Shown: one piece after another, positions 45,545 through 50,160 of the stretch
Layout: every line of letters starts with the position of its first letter
How positions within the stretch are numbered: position 1 is the first letter of the stretch
Source: a virus
Lineage: Duplodnaviria; Caudoviricetes
IMG/VR virus record: IMGVR_UViG_3300030099_003747
Location: 1-50,160 of that record
Length of the DNA stretch: 50,160 bases
Reading direction: 5' to 3' (one strand)
The notes under the pieces: generated by a model
The model's input: only the letters and a program-made list of their open reading frames with translations
Databases searched by the model: none
Told to the model about the DNA's origin: nothing
Position numbers and translations under genes: made by a program

Positions 45545-46180
45545 TTACGCGAATACTTGCATGTGAAGGATAAGGTTTTCGTCGTCGGCAGCAACACCAC
45601 CACCACCACCACCGGCAATAGCAGTGCCACTAGTAATCTGGATGTCATCGCCGGCATCGGTCGTAAAATAAAGCTCGTTTGGTGTAGCGGTCTTTACCCA
45701 TAGCTGGCCATATGCAGCAGTGTCTCCCGATGCATTAGCAGCCTCTTTGATCTTCAGACCAGTGCCATCGAACTGGAGGTTCTCTTCTCCGTTCATTGCG
45801 TCTGCGCCAGTTGCAGTAATGATTCGGTTATCTGAACCATTCGTCATGAAGTCTGAGACATCAACGCTAATAGCGTCTGCTGCTACAGCAATACCAGTAC
45901 CGGCACCAACAGCAAGAGTAAGTGCTCCTGAAGAGCCCCCACCGGTGAGACCATCTCCAGCAGTAACCGCTGTGATGTCACCAGCCGAAGCGGCTGCATA
46001 AGCAGCGACATCGGAAGCTGGAATCAGCTTAGTGGTTCCTCCATCGTTAACAATAAAGCCATCAGTATTGGTAATTGTAATGCTAGAGCCAACACTAGTA
46101 TCGCCATCAAGCAGGTTTAGTTCTGCGCTTGTAGCGGTAACGCCGGTAAGGCTGTCGTTATCAAATACTGACCCGCCCAT
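45545..46180 (-). CDS. Short tail fibre protein, 211 aa
   Basis: TATSAELNLLDG, GDITAVTAGDGLTGGG and GEENLQFDG fibre motifs. Confidence 0.7.
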   Translation of the reverse strand: MGGSVFDNDSLTGVTATSAELNLLDGDTSVGSSITITNTDGFIVNDGGTTKLIPASDVAAYAAASAGDITAVTAGDGLTGGGSSGALTLAVGAGTGIAVAADAISVDVSDFMTNGSDNRIITATGADAMNGEENLQFDGTGLKIKEAANASGDTAAYGQLWVKTATPNELYFTTDAGDDIQITSGTAIAGGGGGGVAADDENLILHMQVFA

Positions 46181-46614
46181 TACCCCCTCCAGTTGACGCG
46201 AATGTTTGCAGTAGGTGTGCCAGCATCAACCTTGGCTACCACATAAATCTTTTGTCGACTTGAGTTTGATACCCCAGTGTCCAATGTGTAGTCATTGTCT
46301 ACAATCAATGCAGCTCCACCCTTAGTTGCTGTTGTTGCACCAACAGTAATGCTTTGAGATGCCCCAGATGTGGTTCCTGGAGTAATTGGAACATCTCCTG
46401 CTGAGTCGCGAGCAATGTATGCCGTCACGCTGGACGCGCTCGACTTGGCCGTAAACTCAAACTCAATGGACTGGATATTACAAGTATCCGGGAAAAAGTC
46501 CGAATCTGGTGAGTTTGTGAGGTCTTGAGTTACCTCAAAAACTTGGAAGTTTCCGGTCAGTGACGCACCGTGATGGTACGAAAAGGACGCCTTGCTCCAA
46601 GAACGAATGCTCAT
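46180..46614 (-). CDS. Putative structural protein, 144 aa
   Basis: Thr/Ser beta-rich; ATGA overlap with the giant gene stop. Confidence 0.55.
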   Translation of the reverse strand: MSIRSWSKASFSYHHGASLTGNFQVFEVTQDLTNSPDSDFFPDTCNIQSIEFEFTAKSSASSVTAYIARDSAGDVPITPGTTSGASQSITVGATTATKGGAALIVDNDYTLDTGVSNSSRQKIYVVAKVDAGTPTANIRVNWRG

Positions 46615-49600
46615 TGTTGTTTCCTGATGGTCTGGATTTCAAACTCGCCAGTAATACCTGCCCGCCTAAAGGCTTCTTTGTACCGCTGGTTTATTTCATA
46701 ATCAATACGCGCTTTTCGCGCCTGTGGATTGTCTGCGATGATTCTAATACCGCCCATTGCATCTGCGATTTTAAGCCAACTGGGTATTGGCTCATACTCA
46801 GATGTTGAGTACTGAAGACGCATGTCGGCAGGAAGCCTGTCCAAGTATGTCATATTGTACAGCATTGCGACACCCGCTGCGTCATTCAAAACTCTTGACC
46901 ATGGGTGATTTGATATCAAATAGTTTGCTGTTCCATTGATGTGTACGTCGTCCATGAACATGCCTTTCTTTGCATTCCATGGTTGCGTGACCGTGATTCC
47001 AGCCTCATTTACGATGTAATCAGCAACCCCCTGTCCAATAATGGGCATTCTTCTGACGCCATCAATGACCTCCATTGCTCGTCTACCGTTTGTTGCGTCA
47101 ACTATTGGCATGTCCATGAAGGTGTTGTGCTTGAGGACAGCCAACTCCATAAATGTTTTAAACATATAGTGGGTCTGTCCAAGCATACGAAGATGTTGCT
47201 TTCTGTTGTCGAACCTTTCTTCGCCAATGGGAGAACTGATTGCCTGCTGAATCATGTTCATTTGTTCAAAGAACGCTTCTTGAGGTAGCCCAAGACCTTC
47301 AACATAGTACCCAGGCTTTCCTGGCACCGGGAACCGAATCATGTTCCTGGCGTGTTCGTCTCTCAGGGCCAACTGTTGAGGCGATGAGCCGTACCTTGGC
47401 ACATACGGAATACCAAGGGTTTCAGCGTTGTACTTTTCTACAAGCTCTGGACCCTGATGGATCAACAGACGCTGCATTTGTGAGTAGAAAACAGGGTTCT
47501 CTTGCAGCATCTTTAGCTGCAAAACAACATTCTTCTGAGTCCATGTGAAGAACGGGAAGACGAGCCTCATCCAGTCCTTTTGGAATGGAGTCAGGTCGTC
47601 ATAGTCAAACAAGAACTTGTCTACTTGCTTGGCTGCTGTGTCAAAGCTTCCAGTCTTCTTCGTATTTACAATAAATGTAGCTATTCTGGCTTGGTTCTCG
47701 ATGTTTCTACCGACAACAGAGCCAAGCTTCTTGGGGATGCCAATAGGAAGAACAGAACCAGCGATAAGGTTCGGCACTCCAGTGATGACGGCGTCTTCAA
47801 ACAGGCTACCGAACTTCTTTGCCTTATCAAAAACAGCATTTTGACCAGCAGATGTGTAGATCTCGGACATCGACTGTTCAAAGGTGTTGATGTCAATGTA
47901 TTGCTGCATGCCTCCAGCAATGACACCCCTCTCCTGGAGTACCTTGATTGAATCATCGGCGGTTCTCATTACTCCATCGCCAATGTCGTACATTGAGCCT
48001 GGGCGATCGAGTTGATTGATGATGTCTAGTCCAATCTGCCTCTTCTTGTACTGAAATGCAGACTCTGCTGAGCCACGTCGCATAGACATGACCTTTTTTG
48101 CAGCCTCAATAGACCCATACCTGTCATAAACGTGGGACAAGGTAGCAAGTCGGCCAGCATCAGCGGCGACAGCCGGGCCCATTGACGCAACACCAGAATC
48201 CAACATCATTGAGAACTGGTTTGAGACGTAGTTTCTGACGTGGAATGCAGCAGCAACAATAGTTGTGCGAAGCTTCCAGAAGTTGTTGAATCTTCTCAGT
48301 GCTTGCACAGGAAGGCTCTTGGCGAACTCGCTATTTTGCCACCTTGGAGAGAAAATATCGTCCATTGACTGCTTTACAGTCGCAGGAACGTACAGCTTCC
48401 ACATTTCTGCGCCCTCTGAATAGAACGCCTTCAATGCTGCTGGGTCTTTTACGGTCAGACTGCTTTTCAACTCTGATGAACGAGCATTCATTTCCTTTGC
48501 TACTCGTGACCAAGCGGACAAAGAAAGTTTTTCAGACTCGTTGATGAGCGTGCTTGCAATATCTTCAGGACTCTTGCCTCTCTTAGAGAGCAGCAGTCCC
48601 TTTTTCAGCTTTTCTTCCTGCAAGAAAGCATTGTATGCAGTGACTGGGTCATAAAGCTCACGACCCTTATTGAAATCATCCATCTTGATTTTGCCAAGAA
48701 GAGCAATGATTTCATCTGCTGCCCTGACTGATGGCGTTTCTCGGATGTACTTCGCAAATTGGTCCTCTCTCATCTTTTGAGGGTACGAAGCAATTTCTTC
48801 AAACTGCCTGAGAATGTCTTCATCAATCATGCCAGCCCAATCACTTCGACTGCCGTTGACTATGATGTCGTTACTAAGACTCTTGACTGCCCTATCGAAC
48901 AGCGGGACGTAGCCCATTTCTGCTGCCCTCTCATAGGCTGGAATCATTGGTACGAGATCGTCAGTTACACGCTCAAGAGCAGCATCAAGCGCCTCAAGCT
49001 CACGCTTGCTTGCCTTCTCTCTTACCAAAACATCAAGAGCATTGGGAGGAATGTCCTCTAAAGGAACATCTCCGACGAGATTGTACTTTGTCGCAAGCTT
49101 TTCAAGCATATTGTCGTATACAGGCTTTGAGCTAATCGGCTTCAGCACGCCGCCTGCAATCATCGACAACATAAAGTCCTGACCAGCAATAGACTTTGCT
49201 GCACGACCGTAGTTAATCATCAAGTTTGTGGGGCTAATGCCCATTCTTGTGCTGCCACCAGACGCATTTATCTCTGCTATTGTCCCAGAAATAAGCCTTC
49301 GCTTCTTCTGTGGCATGTCTCTAGATATAGAAGACGCCAGACTCGACAGGTTCCCCATGTACTCTGTAGACAGGGGGCGCTCTCCTGGGCGCATATCTGC
49401 GGGGAGCAGCTTTTTGTGCGGAACATAGTCAATAACGCCCCAGAATCGCATCATTTCTTCGGGGCTCTTGACCAGATTCATGCCGTACTTCTCATACAAG
49501 TCTTCGTAGTGCTTTACTAGTGACTTCAAAGCATCACGAATCGGGCGAAGCTCCTCTGGAATCTCACCCAATCGTTGGCCAATAAGGCTCTTGTACCGCT

Positions 49601-50160
49601 CTTGGATTCCAATGTACTGGTCAGTCATCTTTGGAATCTTTGGAGTGTCTGCAAGGGCACCGTAGGCCACCAGAAACGCATCCTTTTCATCTAGCGTTGA
49701 AAAGACATCCTTGAACTTGTTGTAGACATCGATCTCCCAGTCCTTCAAGGCAACGCCAAGGGCTTCTTTTTTGGGGTCTACATTTGGAATCTTTAGCTTT
49801 GGAATCTCTTCCTTAAGCTGCTTGGACATTTTCTCGAACTCTTCTTCAAGCAATGTCCTGCCACGAACCTTTGCCCTCTCAGCAGCTTCACCCGTCTTGA
49901 TCTTGGTGTTGTAAGAGTTTTTTGTAAACGACTCTGCTAGATCATCCTTGAGCTTTGTGTAGATGTCTCCTGGCGGGAGGTCCATTGCCTCATCCAGCAT
50001 CTCTCGAACACGGCTTTTTGCTGTGTCAAAGTCTGGAGCACCATCCACAAGCTGACGGACAGACGTGTCAATGCGTTGCTTACGAAGCTTACGGGCACGC
50101 TTTTTTAGTTCTTGCTTTTGTAGCGTCTGATCAACCCTACGAGACCCAAGCCTTTTTTGG
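46611..50160 (-). CDS. Giant internal virion/ejection protein, C-terminal part
   Basis: FHVRNYVSN and FLFDYDDLTPFQKDWMRLVFPFFTW motifs typical of large podovirus internal proteins; open at the window edge. Confidence 0.88.
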   Translation of the reverse strand, partial: QKRLGSRRVDQTLQKQELKKRARKLRKQRIDTSVRQLVDGAPDFDTAKSRVREMLDEAMDLPPGDIYTKLKDDLAESFTKNSYNTKIKTGEAAERAKVRGRTLLEEEFEKMSKQLKEEIPKLKIPNVDPKKEALGVALKDWEIDVYNKFKDVFSTLDEKDAFLVAYGALADTPKIPKMTDQYIGIQERYKSLIGQRLGEIPEELRPIRDALKSLVKHYEDLYEKYGMNLVKSPEEMMRFWGVIDYVPHKKLLPADMRPGERPLSTEYMGNLSSLASSISRDMPQKKRRLISGTIAEINASGGSTRMGISPTNLMINYGRAAKSIAGQDFMLSMIAGGVLKPISSKPVYDNMLEKLATKYNLVGDVPLEDIPPNALDVLVREKASKRELEALDAALERVTDDLVPMIPAYERAAEMGYVPLFDRAVKSLSNDIIVNGSRSDWAGMIDEDILRQFEEIASYPQKMREDQFAKYIRETPSVRAADEIIALLGKIKMDDFNKGRELYDPVTAYNAFLQEEKLKKGLLLSKRGKSPEDIASTLINESEKLSLSAWSRVAKEMNARSSELKSSLTVKDPAALKAFYSEGAEMWKLYVPATVKQSMDDIFSPRWQNSEFAKSLPVQALRRFNNFWKLRTTIVAAAFHVRNYVSNQFSMMLDSGVASMGPAVAADAGRLATLSHVYDRYGSIEAAKKVMSMRRGSAESAFQYKKRQIGLDIINQLDRPGSMYDIGDGVMRTADDSIKVLQERGVIAGGMQQYIDINTFEQSMSEIYTSAGQNAVFDKAKKFGSLFEDAVITGVPNLIAGSVLPIGIPKKLGSVVGRNIENQARIATFIVNTKKTGSFDTAAKQVDKFLFDYDDLTPFQKDWMRLVFPFFTWTQKNVVLQLKMLQENPVFYSQMQRLLIHQGPELVEKYNAETLGIPYVPRYGSSPQQLALRDEHARNMIRFPVPGKPGYYVEGLGLPQEAFFEQMNMIQQAISSPIGEERFDNRKQHLRMLGQTHYMFKTFMELAVLKHNTFMDMPIVDATNGRRAMEVIDGVRRMPIIGQGVADYIVNEAGITVTQPWNAKKGMFMDDVHINGTANYLISNHPWSRVLNDAAGVAMLYNMTYLDRLPADMRLQYSTSEYEPIPSWLKIADAMGGIRIIADNPQARKARIDYEINQRYKEAFRRAGITGEFEIQTIRKQQ
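50038..50160. repeat. Terminal direct repeat copy 2
   Basis: 121 of 123 positions identical to 1-123. Confidence 0.97.

Noticed and set aside
43509-46614. Diversity-generating retroelement targeting tail genes
   Set aside because: No reverse transcriptase and no TR/VR repeat pair seen

Overview
The window is an apparently complete, circularly permuted ~50,037-bp genome of a tailed dsDNA phage with a podovirus-like gene layout. Bases 1-123 recur at 50038-50160 with two synonymous mismatches. The minus-strand morphogenesis operon runs TerS candidate, TerL, portal, scaffold, capsid, decoration, adaptor, nozzle, tail proteins and three internal/ejection proteins. The largest of these is a 2,643-aa ORF that spans the contig junction, and its N-terminal half is missing from the ORF track. 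Further tail genes and a lysis module follow. The genome also has a plus-strand cassette of small basic proteins, a ~0.8-kb non-coding region, an early/accessory region, a DnaB/Sak/Cas4-like/SSB/RuvC-like replication-recombination module and a tRNA-Asn. I recognised no integrase, DNA polymerase, primase or RNA polymerase. The main observations are: (1) a JAB/MPN-type metallopeptidase motif inside the giant ejection protein; (2) a duplicated 48-nt hairpin with compensatory base changes and an invariant loop, bracketing an array of accessory genes joined by a repeated GGAGGTGAGTGATG junction; (3) a protein with a pre-toxin-like helical hairpin next to a stand-alone paralog of its own N-terminus; (4) AGTAC(T) iteron-like tracts. 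All family assignments come from motif recognition by eye; no searches were run.
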